A DNA stretch of 27,459 nt from an uncultured Oscillospiraceae bacterium (GTDB taxonomy: Bacteria; Bacillota; Clostridia; Christensenellales; Aristaeellaceae), in contig CAZACG010000002.1 in assembly GCA_964483645.1 (NCBI GenBank), positions 1 to 27,459 of the forward strand. Direction: 5' to 3'. A program made the translations under genes and the position numbers. The notes beneath the pieces are model-generated. The model worked only from the letters and a program-made list of their open reading frames with translations. It was not told the DNA's origin and did not search any database. This document shows, one piece after another, positions 1 to 10,426 of this stretch (positions are counted from its first letter, which is position 1; each line of letters starts with the position of its first letter).

Positions 1-1230
1 AGGCTGATCTGCGAGAAGGAACGCATTCGCCGCTTGCCGACGCAGTACCCATGGGACAGAAAAACTGCGCTGCTCAAGCTTCAGGAGCTTGCGCCGAAGG
101 CGACGAGCGAGGATTTTGAACGTTTGGAGCTGGCGGGCTGGGTGGATTTCATCTATATCGGGGGCGAAAAGCGTTACTTTGTGCGTTTTCATCGTAGTCT
201 GCTCAAAGCCGGCCTGCTGAGGGATGTGACGGAGGAAACGCCTAATCCCAAGAACGATTGGCTCGATCCGATGATCGCGCAGATTCGGGAGAAGGGCAGT
301 CTTACTCGGCGCATCACGCTGGATGTGAGCCTGAGCGTTGATCGGGAAGCATTTGTGCCGGGCGAATATTTAGTGCATCTGCCGTTTCCCGCAGTGTCGG
401 CGCAGCAGAGCGATATTGAGCTGATTTCAGGTGATCCGGATGGTGTGGGGGCGGAGAAAGCGCCTGCGCGTACGCTCTGGTGGAGACGCAGGCTGGATGC
501 ATGGCAACCCTTCAGCGTCCGTTACAGCTACACCAGCCGCATTCGCTATGCCGATCCGTTGCACAAGGAGGCTCCCGAGGAGGCGCTGTATCCCGGCGAA
601 GAGCCGCCCTGTGTGGAGGATTTGTCCGAGCGCGGCGCATATCTGCGCTTCACGCCGTATCTGCGAGCGCTGGCGGCCGAGCTGACGAAGGACGAGAACG
701 GCGATGTGGGTAAGGCTTGGAAAATATACGAATTCGTCACCACGAAAGTCAAATACGCCTTCGTGCGCGATTATTTTCAGTTTGACGACCATGGCGAATA
801 CTGTGCGGTCAACCTCAAGGGCGATTGCGGCTTGCAGGCGTTGTTTTTTATCATCCTCTGCCGCATCAGCGGGATTCCCGCACGCTGGCAAAGCGGCATG
901 GCGGTGGAGACGGATTATACAGGCGCGCACGACTGGGCGCAGTTCTATTTGAAGGGATGGGGCTGGTTGTTTGCGGATTGCAGCTATGGCGGCAGCGCGT
1001 ATCGCGCGGGCAATTCAATCCGGCATCAATTCTACTTTGGCAATCTTGACCCCATGCGCATGGTCGCAAACAGACAGTATCAGGCTGAGCTTGAACCGAA
1101 GAAGCAGGCGCTGCGTGCGGATCCCTTTGATAATCAGTCCGGCGAGATGGAGTGCGTGGGCGCGCCGCTGCCCTTTACCTTCCGACAGCTTGATTGCGAC
1201 GCGACGCTTGTATCCTACCGGGACCTGTAA
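1..1230 (+). CDS. Transglutaminase-like superfamily (papain-like Cys-His-Asp) protein, 5'-truncated by the window edge
   Basis: Frame is open from base 1 (RLICEKERIRRLPTQYPW...), so the TTG at 34 is probably internal. Motifs GDCGLQALFFIILCRISGIPARW (Cys), GAHDWAQFY (His) and WLFADCS (Asp) match the transglutaminase-like core. Confidence 0.85.
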   Translation, partial: RLICEKERIRRLPTQYPWDRKTALLKLQELAPKATSEDFERLELAGWVDFIYIGGEKRYFVRFHRSLLKAGLLRDVTEETPNPKNDWLDPMIAQIREKGSLTRRITLDVSLSVDREAFVPGEYLVHLPFPAVSAQQSDIELISGDPDGVGAEKAPARTLWWRRRLDAWQPFSVRYSYTSRIRYADPLHKEAPEEALYPGEEPPCVEDLSERGAYLRFTPYLRALAAELTKDENGDVGKAWKIYEFVTTKVKYAFVRDYFQFDDHGEYCAVNLKGDCGLQALFFIILCRISGIPARWQSGMAVETDYTGAHDWAQFYLKGWGWLFADCSYGGSAYRAGNSIRHQFYFGNLDPMRMVANRQYQAELEPKKQALRADPFDNQSGEMECVGAPLPFTFRQLDCDATLVSYRDL

Positions 1231-1339
1231 GGAGGGTGAAGGAAATTCAAGCGAAGCATGCATATGACTTTACAAAATGAAAGAAAAAGCGGAAAAAATG
1301 AAAATCCTTTGGAAAAAATCAAATTCGCCGGGTTGCGAA

Positions 1340-1368
1340 TTGCATTTTTCTCCAAAATGTGGTAAGGT
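1340..1368 (+). promoter_or_regulatory. Putative sigma-A promoter of the opp operon
   Basis: TTGCAT (1340-1345), 17-bp spacer ending TGG, TAAGGT (1363-1368); AAGGAGG RBS precedes ATG 1403. Confidence 0.5.
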
Positions 1369-1402
1369 AATCGCATGCTGAAAAAGACAAGGAGGAAATG
1401 AC

Positions 1403-3268
1403 ATGAGGAAGATTCTGGCTCTTGCGCTGTGCATGATGCTGATGATGGCCGCCGGCGTGACGCCCGTTATGGCCGAGGAAGCTTCTGCTTATCGCACGCT
1501 GTACTCGGGTGAAATCACCTCCCTCAACTACCTGACCACCTCGACGACGAACGAGTTTTCTCTCGCCGCCAACGTCATTGATACGCTGGTGGAGTATGAT
1601 AAATTCGGTCAGGTTCAGCCCTCTCTGGCGGAGAGCTGGGAGTATGACGCGGAAAATCTGACCTATACCTTCAAGCTTCGTCAGGATGCAACGTGGGTGA
1701 GGGCGGACGGCAGCGTCTATGCCAACGTGACCGCGCATGACTTTGTTTCTGCGGCCAAGTATGTGCTTGATGCGCAGAATGCATCCGCAACTGCCAATAT
1801 TTTCTATTCTGTCATCAAGGGCGCCGAGGATTACTATCTGGGTACCAGCACTCCGGAGGAGGGACAGGATCCCTATCCCGTGATGGATTGGGAGACGGTC
1901 GGCGTGAAGGCGATTGACGACTATACCCTCCAGTATACGCTCGTTGAGCCGGTGCCGTACTTCCTGTCCATGGTGACCTATGTCTGTTTCATGCCGGTGA
2001 ACGGTGACTTCCTCGCCGAAAAGGGCGCGGACTTCGGCGTGGCGACCAGCAATGAAAACATCCTCTATAACGGCGCATATGTGCTCTCGACCTTCGAGCC
2101 GCAGCAGAAGCGCATTTACACCAAGAATGAGGCGAACTGGGACGCCGATAACGTGTTCATCACGACCATCGAGCAGACCTATAACAAGGAATCCACTACC
2201 ATCTCTCCCGAGCTCTTCAGGCGTAATGAGGTGGACGACGCTTCCATCGACTCCACCATCGCTGCGGAATGGCTTGCCAACGAGGAGACTGCCGATCTGA
2301 TTCGACCGATCCGTCAGAGCGGCTTCTATACCTATTTCTATGCCTTCAATTTCGATCCGCAGTTTGATGCGGCGTATGAGCCTGAAAACTGGAAGCTCGC
2401 CGTCAATAACGTGAACTTCCGCAGGTCGATCTATGCCGGTATGGATCGCGTTAAGGCGATGCTGATTACCGAGCCGGACAATCCGGAATCCATCATGTTC
2501 AACACGGTGACGCCGCCGGAATTCGTTTCCATTGACGGTGTGGATTACACCGAGATGGGACCGCTGGCTGAGATCACGGCAAAGGGCGTCGATACCTTCA
2601 ACGAGGAAGAGGCGCTTGCCTACAAAGCGAAGGCTATGGAAGAACTGACCGCAGTCGGCGCGACCTTCCCAGTCAAGATCCTGATGTGCTACAATCCGTC
2701 CTCGACCGGCTGGGCTGAGGAGTGCGTGGTTGTGGAGCAGCAGCTTGAAGCACTGCTGGGCTCGGATTACATTGACATCATCGTTGAAGCGGGCCCGTCC
2801 TCCGGCTTCCTCAGCGAGGTTCGCCGCTCCGGAAAGTATGCGCTCATGAAGTGCAACTGGGGCCCGGATTATGCCGACCCGAGCACCTATACCGGCCCGT
2901 TCTATGACGCTGACTATAACTGGCCGGAGCTGGCGACCGAGTATCTGGATGCCGAGGGCAATTCCGAGTACTACAAGCTGGTTGACGAGGCAAACGGCAT
3001 TACCGATGATCTGAAGGCTCGTTATGAGGCGTATGCGAATGCCGAGGCGTTCCTGATCAATAACGCCATTGTGATTCCGTTTGGCTATGGCAACGGCGGT
3101 TATACCGCTTCCCGTCTCAATCCGTTTGAGAGCCAGTTTGCTCCGTTCGGAATCTCCAACGAACGCTACAAGGGTCAGAAGCTGCTTGATGCGCCGATGA
3201 ACACCGATCAGTACTTCGACGCGTATGATCAGTGGATCGATGAGCGCGCTGAGTTGGCCGGCGAGTAA
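1403..3268 (+). CDS. oppA: Oligopeptide ABC transporter substrate-binding protein (family 5, AmiA/AliA-like)
   Basis: 621 aa; signal peptide ending VMA-EE; family 5 signatures DTLVEYDKFGQVQPSLAESWE, YTFKLRQDATW, VKAIDDYTLQYTL, WGPDYADPSTY; first gene of a permease-permease-ATPase-ATPase cluster. Confidence 0.93.
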   Translation: MRKILALALCMMLMMAAGVTPVMAEEASAYRTLYSGEITSLNYLTTSTTNEFSLAANVIDTLVEYDKFGQVQPSLAESWEYDAENLTYTFKLRQDATWVRADGSVYANVTAHDFVSAAKYVLDAQNASATANIFYSVIKGAEDYYLGTSTPEEGQDPYPVMDWETVGVKAIDDYTLQYTLVEPVPYFLSMVTYVCFMPVNGDFLAEKGADFGVATSNENILYNGAYVLSTFEPQQKRIYTKNEANWDADNVFITTIEQTYNKESTTISPELFRRNEVDDASIDSTIAAEWLANEETADLIRPIRQSGFYTYFYAFNFDPQFDAAYEPENWKLAVNNVNFRRSIYAGMDRVKAMLITEPDNPESIMFNTVTPPEFVSIDGVDYTEMGPLAEITAKGVDTFNEEEALAYKAKAMEELTAVGATFPVKILMCYNPSSTGWAEECVVVEQQLEALLGSDYIDIIVEAGPSSGFLSEVRRSGKYALMKCNWGPDYADPSTYTGPFYDADYNWPELATEYLDAEGNSEYYKLVDEANGITDDLKARYEAYANAEAFLINNAIVIPFGYGNGGYTASRLNPFESQFAPFGISNERYKGQKLLDAPMNTDQYFDAYDQWIDERAELAGE

Positions 3269-3279
3269 TTTGAAGAAAA

Positions 3280-3334
3280 AGACACGATAACAACGCCCGG
3301 GCGGCTGGTTGTGCCGTCCGGGCATCACGTGTCT
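3280..3334 (+). terminator. Strong stem-loop after oppA (mRNA stabiliser or partial terminator)
   Basis: GCCCGGGCGGC (3295-3305) / GCCGTCCGGGC (3313-3323) with one G-U pair, extended by AGACACG (3280-3286) / CGTGTCT (3328-3334); no clean poly-U tail. Confidence 0.6.
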
Positions 3335-3530
3335 ATTGCTGAAGCCGCCGGTTAGACGGCCTTGGCTTTGTTTGATGGGGATAAGGCTCGCGTGTGCCTG
3401 TTCAGAGAAGGACCGGTGAAGTCGGCGAGATGGCTTTTTCTCCAGATGCAGTTGACTGACTGAAGAAAAATCCATTTCGCACCAGTTGTTCATCCATTAT
3501 TCATCAATACCCATTTGTCGCTAGAAGGTT

Positions 3531-4481
3531 GTGAATTGCATGCTCAAGTATACGCTCAAACGACTCTCTTCATCCATTGTCACGTTGCTGATCATCATTA
3601 CGGTGGTCTTTGTACTGCTGCGTCAGATGCCGATTGAAGGCTATTTTGATAACTTTGAAAAAGCGGATCAGGCGACCATTAATGCGAAGCTCAATCAGCT
3701 TGGTCTTAATGATCCGATGCCTGTTCAGCTGTTAAATTTCTTGCAGAAAATGTTCAAGGGCGACCTGGGGACTTCCGCAAGATACAGCGTGGGGGCGCCG
3801 ATCGCTGAGATCATCGCCAAGAAGGCGCCGATCTCCATCAAGCTCGGTCTGCTGTCCATGGCGCTTTCCATGATGATGGGCATCCCGCTGGGTGCGGCGA
3901 TGGCGCTTGGAAAGGGCAGGTTTTGGGATAAGGTCGGAACGGTTTTTATTGTATTCATCAACGCCGTGCCGGCCGCCGTTTATCATATTTTCATTCAGAT
4001 GTATGGCACAAGCTTTATGGGCATTTCCATGCTGTTTGATGAGGCTCAATGGACGACGTGGATTTTGCCCGTGTTCTCCATGTCCCTGGGCAATACGGCT
4101 TATTATGCCATGTGGCTGCGCCGCTACATGGTTGACGAGATGAATAAGGATTATGTGCGCCTTGCTCGCGCCAAGGGCGTCAGCAGCCGCAAAATCATGA
4201 TGAAGCATGTTTTCCGCAATGCTTTTGTGCCGATGATTCAGTACATCCCGTCGTCGCTGCTGTATACGATATCCGGCTCGATCTACATTGAATCGCTTTA
4301 TTCGATTCCGGGCATGGGCGGCCTGTTGGTGGACGTCATCGGTCGACAGGATAATCCGATGGTTCAGGCGATTGTCATGATTTATAGCTGTATAGGTATT
4401 GTGGGTCTGCTGCTGGGCGATTTGCTCATGGGCGTCATCGATCCGCGCATCAGCTTTGTGAAGAAGGAGGGGGCGCGCTGA
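3531..4481 (+). CDS. oppB: Oligopeptide ABC transporter permease
   Basis: LLRQMPIEGYF, GDLGTS, EAA-type loop DYVRLARAKGVSSRKIMMKHVFRNAF, C-terminal DPRI. Start is GTG 3531 or ATG 3540. Confidence 0.93.
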   Translation: MNCMLKYTLKRLSSSIVTLLIIITVVFVLLRQMPIEGYFDNFEKADQATINAKLNQLGLNDPMPVQLLNFLQKMFKGDLGTSARYSVGAPIAEIIAKKAPISIKLGLLSMALSMMMGIPLGAAMALGKGRFWDKVGTVFIVFINAVPAAVYHIFIQMYGTSFMGISMLFDEAQWTTWILPVFSMSLGNTAYYAMWLRRYMVDEMNKDYVRLARAKGVSSRKIMMKHVFRNAFVPMIQYIPSSLLYTISGSIYIESLYSIPGMGGLLVDVIGRQDNPMVQAIVMIYSCIGIVGLLLGDLLMGVIDPRISFVKKEGAR

Positions 4482-4482
4482 T

Positions 4483-5907
4483 ATGTTGAGCATCATGGAT
4501 AAAAAAAGCGAAAAGCTTGAAAGAGCGCTTGAGGAGCGGCTTCATGCAGAGCTGAGTAATGAGGAAGAAATCCATGAGGACGAGCTTTTTGTGCTCGCCG
4601 AGTATGACGAAGCGGCTGCCGAAAAGGGCGGTTATTCGAACTACTCGTACTGGCGCAGCACGTTTCAGGTGTTTTTGAAGAATAAGGTGGCTGTGCTGCT
4701 GGTTTTTGTGCTGCTTGCGCTGCTTCTCTTTACGTTCTTGCAGCCCTATCTGCCGGGACAGTATCCGGCGAATCTGATTAACAATCATCCTCAAACCGGC
4801 AAGCAGCTTTCCAATATCGCGCCGAGCCTGACGACCGTGCTGGCGACGGTGGAGGCAGATACACAGCTAATGGCCAGCTCGATTGAGGGAGACGATGAAT
4901 GGCTTGCCGTTCATAACATGCTGGACACGCTTCAGGCGCGTACCAAGTTTACCATTGTGGAGTATGGTGAGCAATGGTGCAAAATCGAGTATAAGGACAT
5001 CACGGGCTATGTCAAAAACAACTTCCAGACGAAGCTGAAGCTGCCGGAGGATCCAACCTTGGTTCCTTATGAGAGCCGCTCCAACTTCAAGCTGGATGTA
5101 TATATGCAACCGATGGATTATACCAATAACGGCACATCCCTGTATGCGAAGGCAGACAGCCTGACGATGCAGGAAGATGGGATGGCCGTCGCTAAGGAGA
5201 AAACGCAGCTGCGCATTCTGCCCAGCGAGCATGCCTTTTGGTTTGGCACGAATAATATCGGTCAGGATCTGTGGGCGCGTGTGTGGAGCGGAACGAGAAC
5301 GAGCCTTGTGATCGGCTTCTTGGTTGCCTTTTTCGAAGCGCTCATTGGCATCACGGTCGGCGTGCTCTGGGGTTACGTGCGCAAGCTCGACCGCATCCTC
5401 ACAGAGGTCTACAATGTGGTGGATAATATCCCCAATACGATTATCCTGATTCTAATTTCTTATATCATGAAGCCGGGCATGCGTACGCTGGTTTTTGCCA
5501 TGTGCTTGACCGGATGGTTGGGCATGGCGCGCTTCATCCGTAACCAGATCGTCATTATCCGTGACCGCGATTATAACATGGCCTCTCGCTGTCTGGGCAC
5601 CAATACGCGGCGCATCATCATGAAAAACCTGCTCCCCTATCTGGTGTCCGTCATTACCCTGCGTATGGCGCTGGCTATCCCGGGTGCGATTGGCAGCGAG
5701 GTGTTCATCACCTATATTGGTCTGGGTCTGCCGGTGGATATCCCGTCGCTGGGCAATCTGATTAACGAAGGACGCAAGCTGATCACCTCGGCTGCGCTTC
5801 GCTATCAGCTGATCTTCCCGGCGATCGTGCTGTCCATTGTCACCATTTCCTTCTATATCATCGGCAATGCGTTTGCAGACGCCGCCGATCCGAAGAATCA
5901 TCTGTAA
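4483..5907 (+). CDS. oppC: Oligopeptide ABC transporter permease with a large extracytoplasmic insertion
   Basis: YWRSTFQVFLKNKVAV N-terminal motif, WFGTNNIGQDLWARVWSGTRTSL, EAA loop DYNMASRCLGTNTRRIIMKNLLP; 474 aa, longer than a typical ~300-340 aa OppC. Confidence 0.92.
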   Translation: MLSIMDKKSEKLERALEERLHAELSNEEEIHEDELFVLAEYDEAAAEKGGYSNYSYWRSTFQVFLKNKVAVLLVFVLLALLLFTFLQPYLPGQYPANLINNHPQTGKQLSNIAPSLTTVLATVEADTQLMASSIEGDDEWLAVHNMLDTLQARTKFTIVEYGEQWCKIEYKDITGYVKNNFQTKLKLPEDPTLVPYESRSNFKLDVYMQPMDYTNNGTSLYAKADSLTMQEDGMAVAKEKTQLRILPSEHAFWFGTNNIGQDLWARVWSGTRTSLVIGFLVAFFEALIGITVGVLWGYVRKLDRILTEVYNVVDNIPNTIILILISYIMKPGMRTLVFAMCLTGWLGMARFIRNQIVIIRDRDYNMASRCLGTNTRRIIMKNLLPYLVSVITLRMALAIPGAIGSEVFITYIGLGLPVDIPSLGNLINEGRKLITSAALRYQLIFPAIVLSIVTISFYIIGNAFADAADPKNHL

Positions 5908-5923
5908 AGGAGGTTAAACGAAT

Positions 5924-6967
5924 ATGGAAAATACGCCTATTCTTTCGGTTCGCGACCTGAATATCAAGTTTAACCTCCGCGGCCGCAAATTGCATGCCAT
6001 CCGCGACGTATCTCTGGACCTTTATAAAGGCGAGAGCCTTGCCATTGTCGGAGAATCCGGTTCGGGAAAATCCGTGTTTGTCAAGAGCTTCATGGGTTTG
6101 CTGGATGCTAACGGATGGGTGGAAAGCGGCGAGATTCTGTATCATGGCGAGGATTTGACCCAATACACGACCGAGAAGCAGTGGCTCAAGGTGCGCGGCA
6201 AGGAAATTGCGATGGTGCTTCAGGATCCTATGACCAGCCTGAACCCGCTGAAAACCATCGGTGCGCAGATCCTCGAGGCGATTGAGCTGCATCAGGGTTT
6301 GCATGGCGAAACGGCACGCAAGGAGATGATCTCCGTGCTCAACGATGTGGGCATTACCGATCCGGAGCGCCGTGCCAAGCAGTACCCGCATGAGTTTTCC
6401 GGCGGTATGCGTCAGCGTGTGGTGATTGCCATCGCCGTGGCATGCAGGCCGCAGATTCTGATTTGCGACGAACCGACCACTGCGCTGGATGTGACCATTC
6501 AGGCGCAGATTCTCAGGCTGATCCGCTCCCTCAAGGAGAAGTATGAGCTGACGACCATCTATATCACGCATGATCTGGGCGTTGTCGCCAACGTTGCAGA
6601 TCGTATCGCAGTCATGTATGCGGGCGATATTGTGGAGATCGGCTTGTGCGAAGAGGTTTTTTATCAGCCGAAGCATCCTTACACATGGGCGTTGCTTTCC
6701 TCGCTGCCGCAGCTGGGCGTGAAGGGTGAGCCGCTCTATTCCATTCATGGCACGCCGCCGAACCTCTTTTTGGAGGTCAAGGGTGATGCGTTTGCGCCGC
6801 GCAATCCCAAGGCGCTCAAGATTGACTTTGTGAAGCGTCCGCCGTACTTTGAAGTATCGCCGACGCACAAGGCGCGGACATGGCTGCTTGATCCCAGAGC
6901 GCCGAAGATCGAGCCGCCGGAGGCTGTTCAGAAGCTGGCAACGGAAGGAGTGAAGGGCTATGCATGA
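5924..6967 (+). CDS. oppD: Oligopeptide ABC transporter ATP-binding protein
   Basis: Walker A GESGSGKS, signature FSGGMRQR, Walker [13 protein letters not shown]-terminal [10 protein letters not shown]. Confidence 0.95.
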   Translation: MENTPILSVRDLNIKFNLRGRKLHAIRDVSLDLYKGESLAIVGESGSGKSVFVKSFMGLLDANGWVESGEILYHGEDLTQYTTEKQWLKVRGKEIAMVLQDPMTSLNPLKTIGAQILEAIELHQGLHGETARKEMISVLNDVGITDPERRAKQYPHEFSGGMRQRVVIAIAVACRPQILICDEPTTALDVTIQAQILRLIRSLKEKYELTTIYITHDLGVVANVADRIAVMYAGDIVEIGLCEEVFYQPKHPYTWALLSSLPQLGVKGEPLYSIHGTPPNLFLEVKGDAFAPRNPKALKIDFVKRPPYFEVSPTHKARTWLLDPRAPKIEPPEAVQKLATEGVKGYA

Positions 6968-7895
6968 GAACAGGGAAGTCCTTCTGTCCGTCAAGGACAT
7001 GTCCATCTGCTTTGGCAAGGGCAAGCATCTGTTTAAGGCGGTGGACAATGTCAGCTTTGACATCTACAAGGGCGAAACGTTTGGTCTGGTGGGCGAATCC
7101 GGATCGGGCAAAACCACGATTGGTCGTGCGATCATTCGAATCAATCCGACGACGTCCGGCGATGTGATTTTCAAGGGCGAAAAGATCAACGGAAAGATTT
7201 CCAAGGAACTGGATCGCCGTGTGACCCGTGAGATTCAGATGATCTTCCAAGATCCCATGGCTTCGCTCAATGAGCGCGCCAAGGTTGATTATATCGTTTC
7301 CGAGGGACTGTACAGCGGCGGGAAGCTGCCGGAGGAGGAACGCAAGCGCAGGGTGGAAAAGGCACTTGAAGAGGTTGGTCTGCTGCCGGAGTTTGCTTCT
7401 CGCTTTCCGCACGAGTTTTCCGGCGGCCAGCGTCAGCGCATCGGCGTAGCGCGTGCATTGATTATGCAGCCGGACTTCATCATTGCCGATGAGCCGATTT
7501 CTGCACTGGACGTGTCCATTCGTGCGCAGGTGCTCAATCTGCTCAGCGAGCTGCAAAAAGAGAGGGGCTTGACCTATCTCTTTATCTCCCACGATCTGTC
7601 CGTGATGCGCTTTATCTGCGATCGCATCGCCGTCATTCATAAGGGCGTTCTGGTCGAGCTGGCGCAGACGGAGAAGCTCTTTGCGCATCCGCTGCATCCC
7701 TATACCCGCGCGCTGCTCTCGGCGATTCCACTGCCCGATCCGGCGAGGGAGAAGAATAAGAAGCTGGAGGTTTATGACCCCTCGCAGCACGATTATTCCG
7801 TGGACAAGCCGCGCTGGGTGGAGATTGAGGAAGGTCATATGGTTTGGGGCAACGAGCGGGAACTCCATACATATCGTGACATGCTCAAGGCGTAA
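6960..7895 (+). CDS. oppF: Oligopeptide ABC transporter ATP-binding protein
   Basis: Walker [42 protein letters not shown]; overlaps oppD by 8 nt. Confidence 0.95.
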   Translation: MHENREVLLSVKDMSICFGKGKHLFKAVDNVSFDIYKGETFGLVGESGSGKTTIGRAIIRINPTTSGDVIFKGEKINGKISKELDRRVTREIQMIFQDPMASLNERAKVDYIVSEGLYSGGKLPEEERKRRVEKALEEVGLLPEFASRFPHEFSGGQRQRIGVARALIMQPDFIIADEPISALDVSIRAQVLNLLSELQKERGLTYLFISHDLSVMRFICDRIAVIHKGVLVELAQTEKLFAHPLHPYTRALLSAIPLPDPAREKNKKLEVYDPSQHDYSVDKPRWVEIEEGHMVWGNERELHTYRDMLKA

Positions 7896-7901
7896 TGTCG
7901 G

Positions 7902-7935
7902 GGAGCTGCCGTTTTCGACAGCGGCAGCTCCTTTT
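7902..7935 (+). terminator. Rho-independent terminator of the opp operon
   Basis: GGAGCTGCCG / CGGCAGCTCC 10-bp perfect stem followed by TTTT, 6 nt after the oppF stop. Confidence 0.85.
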
Positions 7936-8030
7936 ATTCCTATACGATCAGAAAAATAATGATTAATCAGACTGGGTATAAACCGCCCAAATCAATCAGA
8001 AAGCTAAATGGCATGAGAGGAGCATGCGAT

Positions 8031-9176
8031 ATGAATATCTCCTACGAAGAAGCGATTTCCCGTTGCTGGGCCGAGGTCGATCTTTCCCGGCTTGCGCTTA
8101 ATTACCGCAATGCGCGTGCGCATCTTTCCGAGAAAACGCAGCTGATCTGTGTGCTCAAGGCGGATGCGTATGGGCTTGGATTGCCTGCGGTTGCGGCATG
8201 CCTGTGGAAAGAGGGCGCGCGGATGTTTGCTGTCGCCTCGTTTAACGAGGCCGCGCAGCTTCGGCGTACGCTGCCTCAAAGCGAAGCGCTTATTCTGGGG
8301 CTGGCGGGGGAATGCCAGCTTGAACGCGCAATCCGTGAAGGCATGCTGCTGACGGTGTTTTCGCAAGCCTATGCTCAAACGGTCGCGCGCGCGGCGCAGC
8401 GCGTGGGCTGTAAAGCAAGGGTGCATGTGAAGCTGGAGACGGGTCTCAATCGGCTCGGACTTGATCACCAAGAGGCGGCGAGTGCGATTGAGCGGATGCA
8501 AGAGAGCGGCTGGATGAAGATTGAGGGCCTGTTTACTCATCTGGCGCTGCGCAACGAGGCTTCGGATCGCAGGCAAATCGACCTGCTAAAGGCGTGCAGG
8601 GAGGAACTGCGCGCGCGCGGTATTGAGATTCCTATGACGCATGCGCTGGACAGCATTGGCATGGTGCGCTATCCGCAGGAGCATATGGATGCCGTGCGAA
8701 CAGGAGCATGGCTCTATGGCGTATATCCGCGTGGATATGCGCATCCCGAGGAGAGTCAGCTGGCGATGACGGTTAAAACGCGGATCGCGCAGCTGCATCG
8801 CGTGCAGGCCGGGGAATGCCTCGGCTACGACGAGACGCATCCGATTCAGCGTGACAGCGTGATCGCCACGCTCTCGGCGGGCTATATCGACGGCTATCCG
8901 CGCCTGAATAGCTGTGGAGAGGTTGAGATTCGCGGAAAACGTGCGCCGGTGGTAGGGCTTGTATGCATGGATCAGATGATGGTGGATGTGACCGATATCC
9001 CCGATGTGCAGGCCGGCGATGTGGTGACGCTGCTTGGCGGCGGAATCGGCGTGGACGAGTATGCCGCATGGGGCGGCCTGAACCGAAATGAGTCCCTCGC
9101 GCGAACTGGCAAGCGTGTGCCGCGTGTGTATCTGGAAGAGGGAAAGCGGGTAGGCGTTGTGGAGATGCTGGAGTAG
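8031..9176 (+). CDS. alr: Alanine racemase family PLP enzyme (Alr/VanT-like)
   Basis: ATG 8031 follows GAGAGGAG. PLP-lysine motif VLKADAYGLG (K43), HVKLETGLNRLG, EGLFTHLA, catalytic Tyr in CLGYD (Y266), GYIDGYPR, VCMDQMMVDV, RVPRVY. Confidence 0.9.
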   Translation: MNISYEEAISRCWAEVDLSRLALNYRNARAHLSEKTQLICVLKADAYGLGLPAVAACLWKEGARMFAVASFNEAAQLRRTLPQSEALILGLAGECQLERAIREGMLLTVFSQAYAQTVARAAQRVGCKARVHVKLETGLNRLGLDHQEAASAIERMQESGWMKIEGLFTHLALRNEASDRRQIDLLKACREELRARGIEIPMTHALDSIGMVRYPQEHMDAVRTGAWLYGVYPRGYAHPEESQLAMTVKTRIAQLHRVQAGECLGYDETHPIQRDSVIATLSAGYIDGYPRLNSCGEVEIRGKRAPVVGLVCMDQMMVDVTDIPDVQAGDVVTLLGGGIGVDEYAAWGGLNRNESLARTGKRVPRVYLEEGKRVGVVEMLE

Positions 9177-9243
9177 GACGCGATTCAAGGCGCGAAGACG
9201 AAAGAAATATCCGGAACAAGACACATTCCCGGGAGGAATCGAC

Positions 9244-10416
<1,173 letters not shown>

Positions 10417-10426
10417 GGAGGAGCCT

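Noticed and set aside
1344-1358. Possible CodY box ATTTTTCTCCAAAAT in the oppA promoter spacer
   Set aside because: It has four mismatches to AATTTTCWGAAAATT in an AT-rich tract; biologically plausible but not supportable from sequence alone.
1319-3493. 724-aa minus-strand ORF
   Set aside because: It is the antisense shadow of oppA, has no recognisable motifs, and is explained by GC-biased codon usage on the plus strand.
5858-7868. 401-aa and 350-aa minus-strand ORFs
   Set aside because: They mirror oppD and oppF, a common shadow pattern for ABC ATPase genes; no RBS or promoter support.
7959-8030. Upstream start for alr (also the long starts at 9157, 11392 and 14106 for other genes)
   Set aside because: Downstream ATGs at 8031, 9244, 11470 and 14211 have clear RBSs and match family N-termini; the longer starts overlap promoters or neighbouring genes.
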